From Macrostomum lignano (taxonomy: Eukaryota), in the NCBI GenBank assembly GCA_002269645.1, contig NIVC01000303.1, forward strand, positions 124,001-188,000: a stretch of DNA of 64,000 nucleotides, in the 5' to 3' direction. Below are positions 1-12,650 of the stretch, one piece after another. The stretch's first letter is position 1, and each line of letters starts with the position of its first letter. The notes under the pieces were generated by a model. It made no database searches and was not told the DNA's origin. It worked only from the letters and a program-made list of their open reading frames with translations. The translations under genes and the position numbers were made by a program.

Positions 1-649
1 AGGTTGGGGTGGTTGCTACGCTGAAAAAAACAGCCAACTTTAAAAGTGCACAGCGGCTTTCAGGATTAACTTTGAGATTTGAAATTTTACACGATTGTGT
101 CAAAATAGTTGAAAACTGCCTGTGTCAAATTTGAAGAGAATCGGTAAAAGTGGAGCGGCGCTATGGAGGATTAAGTGAAAAAATCGCGCATTTTGAGCAG
201 TTTTTTGCACTTTTAGGTAGGAAGACTCAAATTTAGGAAATTAAAAGGTAGCCTAAGACATTCTCCGTAGTAAGTTTAGGGTGGGTGTAAAGTTTGGTGT
301 AATTTGGTTGAGCGGTTTGGGAGTCCATAGCGAAGTAATTTGTCCACAGACAGACAGACAGAGTTTTGATTTTTATAGGTAGAGACAAGCTGTTGAAACC
401 CGCGGATTTTGAACCCGGGGAATTCCAATCCCCGGAACTACTTTTGCATGTATTCTGAAATCTAAGGCCATACACAAACAAAAACTTGTTAATAGTTAGT
501 TAGTAGGATAAAGGTAAACAAAAATGGAGTACATTCGCATACAATTAGGATGTGAGGCAAACATATTGTTGGCTAGGGGTGCTTTTACTTTAAATAGGCA
601 ATTACGAGTAATGTCTGTCTGACTCTAAAACATGTATTGGCAAACTCTG

Positions 650-2200
650 GCCTCTGCCTCTGACTCTCCCTACATCCCTTGGATCCTTTGAAACTTCTAT
701 CTTCTCTTCTGTTTCCTCTCTTCTCTCTCGTCCCTTGTCTCTTTTCTCCTCTCTTCTCTTTTTTCTCTCTCCTCTCTCCCCTCTTCTCTCGTCTCTTCCC
801 TCATTTCTCTTCTTTTTCATCTCTCTTATCTCATCTCTTTTCTCTTTCCTCTCCTCGCACTCTTCTCTTATATTTTTCTTCACCTCTCTTCTCTCCTCTT
901 TATTTGCTCTCTGATCTCTCCTTTCTCTTCTCTCTCTTCTCTTTTATCTATTTTCATTTCTCTCTGCTTCCCCCTCTCTCTCTGCTTCCCCCCTCTCTCT
1001 CTCTGCTTCCCCCCTCTCTCTCTGCTTCCCCCCTCTCTCTCTCTGCTTCCCCCCTCTCTCTGCTTCCCCCCTCTCTCTCTGCTTCCCCCTCTCTCTCTCT
1101 GCTTCCCCCCTCTCTCTCTGCTTCCCCCCTCTCTCTCTCTGCTTCCCCCCTCTCTCTCTGCTTCCCCCCTCTCTCTCTCTGCTTCCCCCCTCTCTCTGCT
1201 TCCCCCTCTCTCTCTCTGCTTCCCCCCTCTCTCTCTGCTTCCCCCTCTCTCTCTCTGCTTCCCCCTCTCTCTCTGCTTCCCCCCTCTCTCTCTGCTTCCC
1301 CCTCTCTCTCTGCTTCCCCCCTCTCTCTGCTTCCCCCCTCTCTCTCTCTGCTTCCCCCCTCTCTCTGCTTCCCCCCTCTCTCTCTCTGCTTCCCCCTCTC
1401 TCTGCTTCCCCCTCTCTCTCTGCTTCCCCCCTCTCTCTGCTTCCCCCTCTCTCTCTGCTTCCCCCTCTCTCTCTGCTTCCCCCTCTCTCTCTGCTTCCCC
1501 CTCTCTCTGCTTCCCCCCTCTATCTTATCTCTCCTCTCCCATCTTTCTTCTCCTCTCTACTCTCTCCCCTCCATTCTCCTCTTTTCTCTCCTCTCGCCTC
1601 ACTCACTTCTCTCTCCCTTTGTCTCTCCTCTCGTCTCTGTAATCTCTACTCTCCCATCTCTCGTCTGTTCATTTTCGTCTCTGCTCTCAGCTCATCCCCC
1701 CTCTTTCATCTGTCATCTTTACTGTCTTATATGTTCTCTCATTCTGTCCTCTCTGTACTCTTTTCTTTCACCTCTTTTGTCTCCTCACCTTCCTTTCTCC
1801 TTTCTCCTCTTCTCTTCCCTCTTCTATATACTCTCTCCCTCTCTTGTCTCGTCTCTTCTCTCTCCACTCTCCTCCTTTATCTCTCATCTCTCATTTCTCA
1901 TCTCTCCTTTTTCCTCTTTACTAACTCCTCTCTGCTCTTCTCTCTGCTCTCCTCTCATCTGCAGCTCTCCGCTCTCTCCTCTCTACTCGCTCCTCTACTC
2001 ACTCCTCTACTCTCTCTCTACTCGCTCCTCTACTCTCTCCTCTCTACTCGCTCCTCTCTATTCTCTCCTCTCATTGTCCTCGCTCCCTCATCTCTCCTAT
2101 TATCTTTTATCTTTTATCTTATTCTCTCTCTCACCTCTCCTCTCTTTTCGAATCGTCTATTCCTTCTTCTCTCCACTCTCAACTGCCCCTCAGCCATAAG
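650..2200. repeat. Polypyrimidine (CT-rich) low-complexity tract containing a CTCTCTCTGCTTCCCC minisatellite (~960-1520)
   Basis: Direct inspection; it explains the Leu/Ser/Pro and Arg/Glu/Lys ORFs here. Confidence 0.95.
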
Positions 2201-2748
2201 CAGGATTCTTTTCTGGCCTTTGAGGTAAAAGTCTGCCCATTCCTGCTTGGAAAGCCAGTTTGTGGGACGTAGTACTCTCATGGCTGTTCTCATGCTTTGA
2301 TCATGTCATTTTTCTTGCCAATTTGCAAGCCCTGACAATAATTTGTGTATCTTCAGCTCCACTGCAGTCTGCATCAATCTAACAACCAAGGAAATACGCA
2401 TTTCTTAGGAGGCCATTTAAATTTTAAAGTACCTTTAAGAGAAACCTTAAATTTCCATGATGTGACTAATTTAGTAGAGTTGTATTGCATTGCATCGCCT
2501 TTTCATAAATCTTTCGCTTTTACAAACCATGCTGGATTACCCTGATTTGCCATCCACTGTTAAACTGCTGCAGAGTTTGCCTATACAGAGGACGGTGGTT
2601 AGAATTTCTCACTAAAATGTTATGGATGGCTAAACGTAGCCTCTCAACGGGGGGTGCAGAGAAGGCCATAAACAAAGCTATTCCAAAACACTGTACATTT
2701 TCTATGTACATTCAGTCCTATCGCCTGATCCTTCGTCTGGCTCTGGGG

Positions 2749-4802
2749 TAGGGATTCCAAAATCCCGACATTTTACAATCCCGGGATTGAATAGTCCCGA
2801 AATCCCGATGCTGTTGAAATCCCGGGATTCAAAATCCCGGAATCCCGGTGCTTTTGAAATCCCGGGATCCCGTTTAAAAGTTTCAGAAATCCCGGGATCC
2901 CGGGATCCCGACCCGAGGTCCGAGTCCGAATGACTTAAAAACAAAATTTCAAGTTCTGGTTAGCTGAGAACTCAGAGCCTGCAACAAAAGAGAAGTGCAA
3001 AATCATACAAATAATTGCAGTCCGTGCTAAAGGCTTGACCTTGACAGAAGAAAATACTACTTGTTGTCGAACGATTTCGGCCGAACGGCCCAGCGGGTCA
3101 GCCCGGGGGGGGGCTCTTCCGCATGCAATTTATTTCGAAATTATTTGGTTAATTAATGATACTGCAATTTTTACTTACAGTAGTGTAAGAAAATACTACT
3201 TATATCATTGTTGCCATTCATGGAGTCGGGATGATAGAAATCGCGCTACTGGATTTCGCGAGACCTGGCTTTCGTGCGACTGGATTATGCACGAACAGGA
3301 TGCGCGAAAGCAAGGTCGCGCAAAATCCAGTAGCGCGATTTCTATCATCCCATTGAGTCCAATGTGACAAGTCAGTTTAGGATGTCGACTGCTTCTGAAA
3401 ATACGATCGAAGCATGCACAATTTTGATAGCGTCTCATCAGCCAAGCGCGAACGGATCCGATTCATCAGGATAGCAGCAGCAGAAAAAGCTCTCTCTGCC
3501 TCGACGCTTGTAGGAGGAATGGACAGAAGGGCACTGTTCATTGTCTGCAGCAGCTTGCCGAGTTGGCCAGTTGACCGCATGAATTCGATCTCACGACCGA
3601 CTTCGCGTTCAATATGAAGTCCTGTGCCTGACTGTAGGATGGCATGAGAAGACTCGCTGTCCAGCTTCTCCAACTCTGCATTGAGACGTTCCGCCATTGT
3701 GGTACTTGGCATTAACAGCAGGGATGCGTCAGTGTCACTGTAGGTGAGAATATAGCATGGAATTAAATTATTTGCAACACAGGGGAACCTGTGGTCATAT
3801 TTTTACAGATTACAGGAAATTGAATCAATAAAATGTAGGATTCGGTGGAATTATCCAATAAAAATTATAGGAAAATTCTTGTTTTTAAATTATTTAAATT
3901 ATCCCTCCCTCGTATGTAATATATAATACATCCACACAATTTAATTACCTGTTAGAAGGATTTCCAGATGCCTCTCTTTGGTCTTCAGTGGCAGTACTGG
4001 CAGACGCGGTTGCAGACGCGGTTGCAGAGGCGGTTGCACAGGCAGATACCAGTGAAAGGTTTTCGGCAATAGAAATTAGCGTATACTTTGCTGCATTCAG
4101 TTCTGAAGTACTATTGGCGACGTAACCCTTCCGCTTTAGAAACTGCAGTGCCAAAGCGGTGCTTCCCTGCCTTTGAAAAAATCGCTTCTCTAAAGCCACC
4201 AGCAACTTGTTGGCCAGCATGGTGTTCTGTGTCTGAAGCTCCTTCACAGCGAAACTAAATGTAGCACCAGCCTTGAGTAAGTTATAGCTGCGGCTTGAAA
4301 AGTAAAATCTTTGTGGGTGATTGTCAAAATATTAAAATTTAAATTATAATACATGACGGACTGTGCGGCGTGCCGCGTGCAGTAGTCATGGTCTCGCGAC
4401 TCTCAAAGTCTCAGTCTCGTCTCGTGGTGGAAAACGAAAAAAATTTTAAATTATCTATCATTTACAGTTCACATTAACAATTTTTAGCTCAATTAGGACA
4501 GGAGCTTTGCAAATGTTTAACGTTTCATTGAGAAACAGCAAAAACAAATAAATGTTTTATTATTCAAATAAACGTTTAGACTTTAAACTATCTAATTTAG
4601 GCATTGAAACGTTGTTCTAATCCCGGACCAATCCCGGGATTAAGGCCTTGAAATCCCGGGATCCCGATCCCGGACTTTTGCAATCCCGGGATTAAAAAAT
4701 CCCGGGATTCGATCCCCAAAAAAATCCCGGGATTCAAATCCCGGATTTTTGGCCCCAATCCCGGGATCCCGGGATCCCGGGATCCCGGGATTGGAATCCC
4801 TA
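2749..4802 (-). mobile_element. Non-autonomous hAT DNA transposon (2054 bp, internal-deletion derivative)
   Basis: 8-bp TSD CTCTGGGG at 2741-2748 and 4803-4810. TIR TAGGGATTCCAA (2749-2760) vs TTGGAATCCCTA (4791-4802). Many subterminal ATCCCGGGA motifs at both ends. The homologous site in the next tandem unit (~8205-8215) is empty. Confidence 0.93.
3377..4300 (-). pseudogene. C-terminal part of a hAT transposase (two exons, phase-2 intron 3948-3738) including the hATC dimerisation domain
   Basis: ORF 3377-3712 encodes SALLSIPPTSVEAERAFSAAAILMNRIRSRLADETLSKLCMLRSYF, the hAT C-terminal motif (IPxTSVxxERxFS...RxRL). ORF 3945-4247 joins it in frame via AG|GTAATT...CTACAG|T. No N-terminal catalytic region is visible. 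Confidence 0.85.
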
Positions 4803-5899
4803 CTCTGGGGGAATGAGTGAGTGAGTGGCACAAACAACAGAAAAAGCAGACAAACTTCACATGCTTACAGTTTCTGTTCTGATTGAGTTAGAGAGTTGAA
4901 ACTTTACATTTAGACAGAGAATGAATCAAAGAAGAATTGTGTTAAGTTAGAAGTCAATCGCTTCACGTGGAGCAAACTTATGGCAACCGAAAGTTAGGCA
5001 TTTTAAAACCTGATTCACACCCTTTGCCCAGATCGGGAAAGAGAGGCAGGCGGGCGGAGGTTGGGGTGGCTGCCTCGCTGAAAAAAACAGCCTAACTTTA
5101 AAAGTGCACAGCGGCTTTCAGGATTAACTTTGAGATTTGAAATTTTACACGATTGTGTCAAAATAGTTGAAAATTGCCTGTGTCAAATTTGAAGAGAATC
5201 GGTAGAAGTGGAGCGGCGCTATGGAGGATTTAGTGAAAAAAATCGCGCATTTTGAGCAGTTTTTTGCACTTTTAGGTGGGAAGACTCAAATTTAGGAAAT
5301 TTTAAGGTAGCCTAAGACATTCTCCGTAGTAAGTTTAGGGTGGGTGTAAAGTTAGGTGTAATTTGGTTGAGCGGTTTGGGAGTCCATAGCGATCAAAATT
5401 GTCCACACACAGACACACACACACACACAGAGTTTTGATTTTTATAGTTAGAGATGAAAAAATCGGGCATTTTGAGCAGTTTTTTGTACTTTTAGGTAAG
5501 AAGACTTGAGTTTAGGAAATTTAAAGGTAGCCTAAGACATTCTCCGTAGTAAGTTTAGGGTGGGTGTAAAGTTTGGTGTCATTTGGTTGAGTGGTTTGGG
5601 AGTCCATAGCGAAGTAATTTGTCCACAGACAGACAGACAGACAGAGTTTTGATTTTTATATGTATAGACAAGCTGTTGAAAGCCGCGGATTTTGAACCCG
5701 GGGAATTTCAATCCCCGGAATTATTTTTGCATGTATTCTAAAATCTGAGGTCAAACTCAAATAAAAACTTGTTAATAGTTAGGATAGAGTTAAACATAAA
5801 AAAGTGTACATATATGTAAAATTAGGATTTGAGGCAAACATTGATATTGTTGGCTGGGGTGCTGCGCAGAATGTTAGGTAAACTCAGGCCTCTACCTCT

Positions 5900-7640
5900 G
5901 CCTCTCCCTATGTCCTTTGCATCCTTTGAAACTTCCATCTTCTTTTCTGTTTCCTATCTTCTGTCTCGTCTCTTCTCTCTCTGTCTCCTGTTATCTTTTC
6001 TTTCTTCTCTCCTCTGTCCTCTCTCCTCTCTCGTCTCTTCTCTTGTCTCTTCTCTCTCTGTCTCCTGTTATCTTTTCTTTCTTCTCTCCTCTGTCCTCTC
6101 TCCTCTCTCGTCTCTTCTCTTGTCTCTTCCCTCTCCCCTCTATTCTTTTCTCTCTCCTCTCCTCTCTTGTCTCTTGTCTCTGTTCTCTCATATCTCCTTT
6201 TTCCTCTTTTATCTCTTCTCATTTCTCTCTGCTCTCTACTCTCTCTTCCCTCTGCTCTCTACTCTCTCTTCCCTCACCTCTCTTCTCACTCCTTACTCTA
6301 CCCTCTCTCAACACTTTCCTTATCTCTACTCTCTCCTTTTTCCTCTCTTCTCTCAACTCTCTCCTCTCATGTCTTCTATCGTCTCTTCCCTCACCTCCTC
6401 TCTCGTCTTTGCTCTCTTATCTCTCATTTCTCTTCTTTTATCTTCTCTCTCTTATCTTTTCTCAAATCTCTGCTCTCTCTCCTCTCCCCCCTCTCTCTCT
6501 CTCTCATCTCTCATCTCTCTGCTCTCTCCTGTCCTATCTCTCCCCTCTTTCCTCTCCTCTCTCGTCCTTTTCACCAATTTCCCCTGTCCTCTCGATTCTC
6601 TCCCTTCCCCTCCTCTCTCCTCACTCACTTCTCATCTCTCCCTTGTCTCCACCTCTCATCTCTTATTTCTTATAGTTCTCCTTTTTTTCTCTCTACTCTC
6701 CCATCTCTCGTCTGTTCACTCTCGTTTCTGATCTCTCATCTCCCCTCTCTCATCTTTCATCTTTACTCTCATATGTTCTCTCACCTCTCTCCCCTTTTAC
6801 TCCTCTCTTTCCCCTTTTTTGACTCAGGAGGACTCGATCCTTTCTTCTTTCTTCTCGTCTCTTCACTTCTCTCTTCTATACTCTCTCCCTCTCTTTTCTT
6901 CTCTCTTCTTTCTCACTCTCCTCTCTCCTCTCTTATATCGTCTGTTCACCCTCATCTTCACTCCCTCATTCCCCTCTCTCTTCTGTCATCTCTACTCTCC
7001 TCTCTACTGTGTACTCTTCTCTTTCCCCTCTTCTGACTAATCTATTTCCTTACTCCTCTCTTCTCTTCCCTCTTCTATACTCCCCTCTATATTCTCTTCT
7101 CTCGTCTCTCTGCACTCTGCCCTCTCTTCCTTCATCTGTCATCTCCACTCTCTCCTCCTCTTCCCTTTACTCTATCATCTCTCCTTTCTCCTCTCTTCTT
7201 TCTCAACTCTCTCTCTCTTATCTCTTATCTCTTATCTCATCTTCTCACGCATCTCTCTCTCTCATCTCTTATCTCCTCTTCTCACTCCTCTCTCTCCCCC
7301 TCTCTCCCCCTCTTATCTCCTCTCTTCTCTATCCTTTCGAATCTCTCCTCTCGATCCTCTCTCATCTACCTCTGTTCTCTCATCTCTTCTCACTCTTCTC
7401 TACTCTCCTCTCTGATCGATCCTCTGTCTCATCTCTCCCCTCTTCTCTCTCCATCTTCTCACCTCTACGATTTCCTCTCCCTTCTCTCTCCCCTCCTCTC
7501 GCTTCTTCGTCCCATATTCTCTGCTCTCTCTTCAACCCCCTCGTCTCTCCTATTATCTTCTATATTTTCTCTTATCCCCCTCTCGCCCCTCCTCCCTCTC
7601 TAATAGTCTATTCCTTTTCCTTTTCACTCTCATCTGGTCC
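5900..7640. repeat. Polypyrimidine (CT-rich) tract, second copy
   Basis: Direct inspection; homologous to 650-2200 but without the expanded inner minisatellite. Confidence 0.95.
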
Positions 7641-8894
7641 GCAGCCCTGAGCTGGATTCTTTATCTGGCCTTTGAGATAAAAATCTGCCGATCCCTGCTT
7701 CGAAAGTACTATCATGGGACATAGTACTATCATGGTTGTTATCATTTCTCATGCTTTAATCACGTCATCTTTCTGGCCAATTAGCAGCCCTGAGAGGAAT
7801 TTTTGTATCTCCATTCTCCAGCTCCACCACCACAGTCTGCAGCAGTCTAACAACCAAGGAAATACGCATTTCTTAGGAGACCATTTAAATTTTAAAGTAC
7901 CTTATGCGAATCTTAATGTTAAAATTTTCATGGTGTAACTAATTTAGTAGGATAATAGGATTGCATTGTAATCAGTTATTCATTAATTTTTCGCTATTTT
8001 TACAAACCTTCCCACATCGCCTTGATTTGCCATCCTTGTTAAACTGCTGCGACTTGTCTATACAGAGGACTGGTTTGAATCTCTGGCTAAACTCTCTCCT
8101 CTCCACGCCTCTCCACTCGCGGGGGTACAGAGAAGGCTATTAAAAAGTTATTCCAAAACACTGTACATTCGCTATGTACATTGAGCCCTATCGCCTGATC
8201 CTTCGTCTGTGGGAATGAGTTGGATGAGCGGTAAACAACAGAAAAAGCAGACAGACTTCACATGCCTACAGTTTCTGTTCTGATTGAGATACAAAGTTGA
8301 GACTTTACAATTAGACAGAGAATAAGTCAATAAAGAATTGTGTCAAATTTGAAGTCAATCGCTTCACGTGGAGCAAACTTATGGCAGCCAAAAGTTAGTC
8401 AATTTTGAAACCCGTTTTACACATCTGGGCCCAGATCAGGATCGGGAAAGAGAGGCAGGCGGGCGGAGGTTGGGGTGGTTGCTACGATGAAAAAAAAACA
8501 GCCTAACTTTAAAAGTGCACAGCGCCGTTCAGGATTAACTTTAAGACTCGAAATTTTACACGATAGTGTCAAAATAGTTGAAGATTGAGTGTGTCAAATT
8601 TGAAGATGATTGATAGAAGTGGAGCGGCGCTATGGAGCATTTAGTGAAAAAAATCGCGCATTTTGAGCAGTTTTTTGCACTTTTAGGTAGGAAGACTTGA
8701 GTCTAGGAAATGTAAAGGTAGCCTAAGACATTCTCCGTAGTAAGTTTAGGGTGGGTGTAAAGTTTGGTGTAATTTGGTTGAGCGGTTTGGGAGTCCATAG
8801 CGAAGTAATTTGTCCACAGACAGACAGACAGACAGAGTTTTGATTTTTATAGGTAGAGATATGCACTTAGCTAGAAATCTGCTATTTTGTTTCC

Positions 8895-9035
8895 TCGTCC
8901 TGTTTGCCTAGTAACTTTTACATTTTTGCACCAGGAAATGCATTGCTTAATGTCATGGCACATTCAAGGCCAAAATACAGATTCAGTAGCCTTCATCAAC
9001 ATCTTCTCTATGCTTAGCTGTGCTACCATGGCTTA
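8895..9035 (-). pseudogene. Degenerate Ty3/Gypsy integrase zinc-binding fragment
   Basis: Minus-strand translation AQLSIEKMLMKATESVFWP*MCHDIKQCISWCKN resembles HxGIEKxxxRARESVYWPGMxxDIxxxVxxCxxC, with an in-frame stop. Confidence 0.5.
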
Positions 9036-9686
9036 TTGCAAAAATGACAAATTGTATAAGAATTATTATAAAATGGAAATATCATCAACAAGAACCTATA
9101 CACTTGATAAATCTATTTAGATGACAAACCATTAAAAGCATTATTTTAAAAGTGTTATTGCTTGTTTATAAAACTAAGCACACAATAAAGCATAAAAGTG
9201 TAACTTATTTTTGACAATAAACTTCTTGGAATCTAGCAACACCATTAGTGCATGACTTGGCTTTCCAAAGTGAGTGAAAACTATTGTCATTGCAGTAAAA
9301 TTGTGTATTTTACCTAAAATATCTTGCAGCAAATTTGAAAACCATTGTACGAGCTATTACTATTCACTTAGAAATTTCACAATGGTAGCATATCTCATTT
9401 TATGACAGTCAATTTAGTGTAGTTGTTGCAAATAAAAAAATTATATAGATTTTAAGGTACTTTAGCCATGTGTATATATTACTTTGATTATATATTTTAA
9501 GGGTTGTTATAAAAACTAACTGGTTAAAAAAATTATACTTATTAGTTGAATATTTGCATATGATGCCATATACCTTTACCAAATAAGTAGAAATACACCA
9601 TATTTCCTTTCCATAGTATCTCCTAATTAAAAGGTATCTGATTACCTAAGCAAAGAAAACGCAGAGAAAAAAAGCAGCACTGAGTC

Positions 9687-11646
9687 ATGGCTTCCTTATT
9701 GCTCAGTAAATCTTCCATACCATTTGTTGCAACCCTGCTAGTATTGATCTGCCTGCCATGTCTGCAAGTTGGCCTAGTTTATAAACAGTTCTGGTATAGC
9801 GATTTGGCTATGGCTACGCAGCAAAGATTATCAAACTGCAGCTGCAGCTGCTACGATGGATTCCTAGAGGGTAGAGCCTATTACACTCTGGGTAGGCCGC
9901 ATTTCTATTCTAGCGCCTATCGTCACGTGTACATCAATGGCGATCCTCAGAGTGCCGTGCTGTTAGCTCTGCTGTCATGCAGTGTTCTGTTGGTTTACAA
10001 AGCCATTGAAAGCGTTTGGCGTCTGGCTGCTTGGCGACCAAATTTAATTGTCGCCCTAGTTGCTAATTTGCTAGTTGCTTACGACTTGTTCTGGTCCACT
10101 TTTCAGGTAAGCAAATCTGATGCCTTTGGTTCTCTGTTATTATACCTGCTTTATAGTGCAAAGTGTCCTTTAAAGCTCCGGTAATAGTTGCCTCATTTCC
10201 ATTGTCTTCAGTTCCTGCAGCTTCATTTCCATTGTCTTCAGTTCCTGCAGCTTCATTTCCATTGTCTTCAGTTCCTGTAGCTTCATTTCCATTGTATTCA
10301 GTTCTTGTAGCTTCATTTCCATTGTCTTCAGTTCCTGCAGCTTCATTTCCATTGTATTCAGTACTTGCAGCTTCATTGCCACTGTCTTCAGTTCCTGCAG
10401 CTTCATTTCCATTGTATTCAGTACTTACAGCTTCATTTCCATTGTCTTCAGTTCCTGCAGCTTCATTTCCATTGTCTTCAGTACTTGCAGCTTCATTTCC
10501 ATTGTCTTCAGTTCCTGCAGCTTCATTTCCATTGTCTTCAGTTCTTGTAGCTTCATTTCCATTGTCTTCAGTTCTTGTAGCTTCATTTCCATTGTCTTCA
10601 GTTCTTGTAGCTTCATTTCCATTGTCTTCAGTTCCTGCAGCTTCATTTCCAAGCCATTCAGTTCCTGCAGCTTAATTTCCAATCCATTCAGTTCCTGCAG
10701 CTTCATTTCCAAGCCATTCAGTTCTTGTAGCTTCATTTCCATTGTCTTCAGTTCCTGCAGCTTCATTTCCAAGCCATTCAGTTCCTGCAGCTTAATTTCC
10801 AATCCATTCAGTTCCTGTAGCTTCATTTCCAAGCCATTCAGTTCCTGTAGCTTCATTTTCAATCCATTCAGTTCCTGTAGCTTCATTTCCAATCCATTCA
10901 GCTCCTGCAGCTTCATTTCCAATCCATTCACTTCCTGTAGCTTTATTTCCAATCCATTCAGTTCCTGCAGCTTCATTTCCAATCTATTCAGTTCCTGCAG
11001 CTTCATTTCCAATCTATTCAGTTCCTGCAGCTTCATTTCCAATCAATTCACTTCCTGCAGCTTCATTTTCAATCCATTCAGCTCCTGCAGCTTCATTTCC
11101 AATCCATTTACTTCCTGCAGCTTCATTTCCATTCCATTCAGCTCCTGCAGCTTCATTTCCATATTGTCCCGGGTTTCACTTGATTTCACAGTTCCTATTC
11201 CTATCGCTTGAATGCAGCCTCAGAAAATCGGGTGCTGACACAATCTGTTCATTATTTAGGCGATCAACGCTGAAAGACCGACAGCCACGCTGCACTATTC
11301 GGTATTTTACGGCATGCAGGTTTGCCTATGCTGGTCCATCATACACCTGTGCTGCGCTAGTCAGACGCCTCGGCCTCTGCCTTTAAATTGGGCTGTCGTA
11401 TTGAGTTGCGGACCTCTATTGATAAAATCTACTAATCTGTTGACTCTGCTGCAGTACGTTAGTCGCCAGGTAATGCTTAGAGATTATTGGATGGTTTTAC
11501 TGCACTCTATCGTTCACCTGGGCACTATGTTCTGTTTAAGTCGTTTACCAATTAGTCTGTGGAAACAGGTATTAATTAGTTCGCACCTGTTGTGCGTCGA
11601 TTGCATTTGCATTGTTTGCATGTGGATTTTTAATATTCTCACCTAG
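9687..11646 (+). CDS. Uncharacterised multi-pass membrane protein; exons 9687-10106 and 11260 onward; 3' end uncertain (read-through to stop 11646, or splice at 11568 to 11781 or 11883)
   Basis: ATG 9687, hydrophobic N-terminus, CSCSCYDG..YRHVYIN motif. Donor CAG|GTAAGC at 10107 (phase 0) and acceptor TTATTTAG|GCG at 11260, in frame with ORF 11314-11646. Several hydrophobic helices. Confidence 0.7.
10190..11160. repeat. 30-bp intronic minisatellite CAGCTTCATTTCCATTGTCTTCAGTTCCTG
   Basis: About 32 tandem units; switches to an AATCCATTCA variant in the 3' half. Confidence 0.95.
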
Positions 11647-11924
11647 ATTTGACCATTTTTTTCATTATGGTCGGTAGAGCTGCTTTGACTTGTATTACAA
11701 AAATATTGTTCCGATTTCAATGTCTAATCCATGTGTTGCTTCCCTACTGTCTATACCATAGTATTCTCTTTTGCTTCAAGGTTGTTGTCATTTTGTTTAT
11801 TTTCTAATTTGATTATTTTTTCCAACATAATATTATATTGCCATTAAACTGATTTTAATGTTGTTAGATTAGTTTGCAACAGGTGTTCAGGCGTAAATCT
11901 GTGTTGGATGTTAAAATGTCAGTC

Positions 11925-12650
11925 CAGTGTCCATTGGACCCTAATTACCCGCAATGTCCACTGGACCCTGATTACCCCCAGTGTCCACTGGACCCTGATT
12001 ACCCCCAGTGTCCACTGGACCCTGATTACCCCCAGTGTACACTGGACCCTGATTACCCCCAGTGTACACTGGACCCTAATTACCCGCAATGTGCACTGGA
12101 CCCTAATTACCCGCAATGTGCACTGGACCCTGATTACCCCGTGTCCACTGGACCCTGATTACCCCCAGTGTACACTGGACCCTAATTACCCCCAGTGTCC
12201 ACTGGACCCTGATTACCCCCAGTGTCCACTGGACCCTGATTACCCCGTGTCCACTGGACCCTAATTACCCCCAGTGTCCACTGGACCCTAATTACCCGCA
12301 ATGTGCACTGGACCCTGATTACCCCGTGTCCACTGGACCCTGATTACCGCCAGTGTACACTGGACCCTAATTACCCCCAGTGTCCACTGGACCCTAATTA
12401 CCCGCAATGTGCACTGGACCCTGATTACCCCGTGTCCACTGGACCCTGATTACCCCCAGTGTACACTGGACCCTAATTACCCCCAGTGTCCACTGGACCC
12501 TAATTATCCGCAATGTGCACTGGACCCTAATTACCCCAGTGTCCACTGGACCCTGATTACCCCCAGTGTACACTGGACCCCAATTACCCCCAGTGTACAC
12601 TGGCCCCTAATTACCCCCAGTGTACACTGAATCCTAATTACCCCTCAATG
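11925..12650. repeat. 27-bp minisatellite CCACTGGACCCTGATTACCCCCAGTGT (3' end of gene 1)
   Basis: Tandem units, some of 26 bp; AATAAA follows at 12813. Confidence 0.95.

Larger units (their letters stand above)
1..8860. repeat. Tandem array of a ~3.0-3.4 kb unit (copies start at 1, 5058, 8467; third truncated ~8860), each with a CT-rich core; possibly Helentron/HINE-like termini
   Basis: AGGTTGGGGTGG(T/C)TGC...CTTTAAAAGTGCACAGCG recurs at 1, 5058 and 8467. Downstream blocks also recur (2200-2740 vs 7650-8210; 4811-5057 vs 8213-8466). Each copy has a (CAGA)n tract followed by GAGTTTTGATTTTTATA. Confidence 0.85.

Noticed and set aside
679-7650. Long Leu/Ser/Pro-rich and Arg/Glu/Lys-rich ORFs (up to 506 aa)
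   Set aside because: They are translations of CT/GA low-complexity tracts that lack stops by composition; open in several overlapping frames with no domain.
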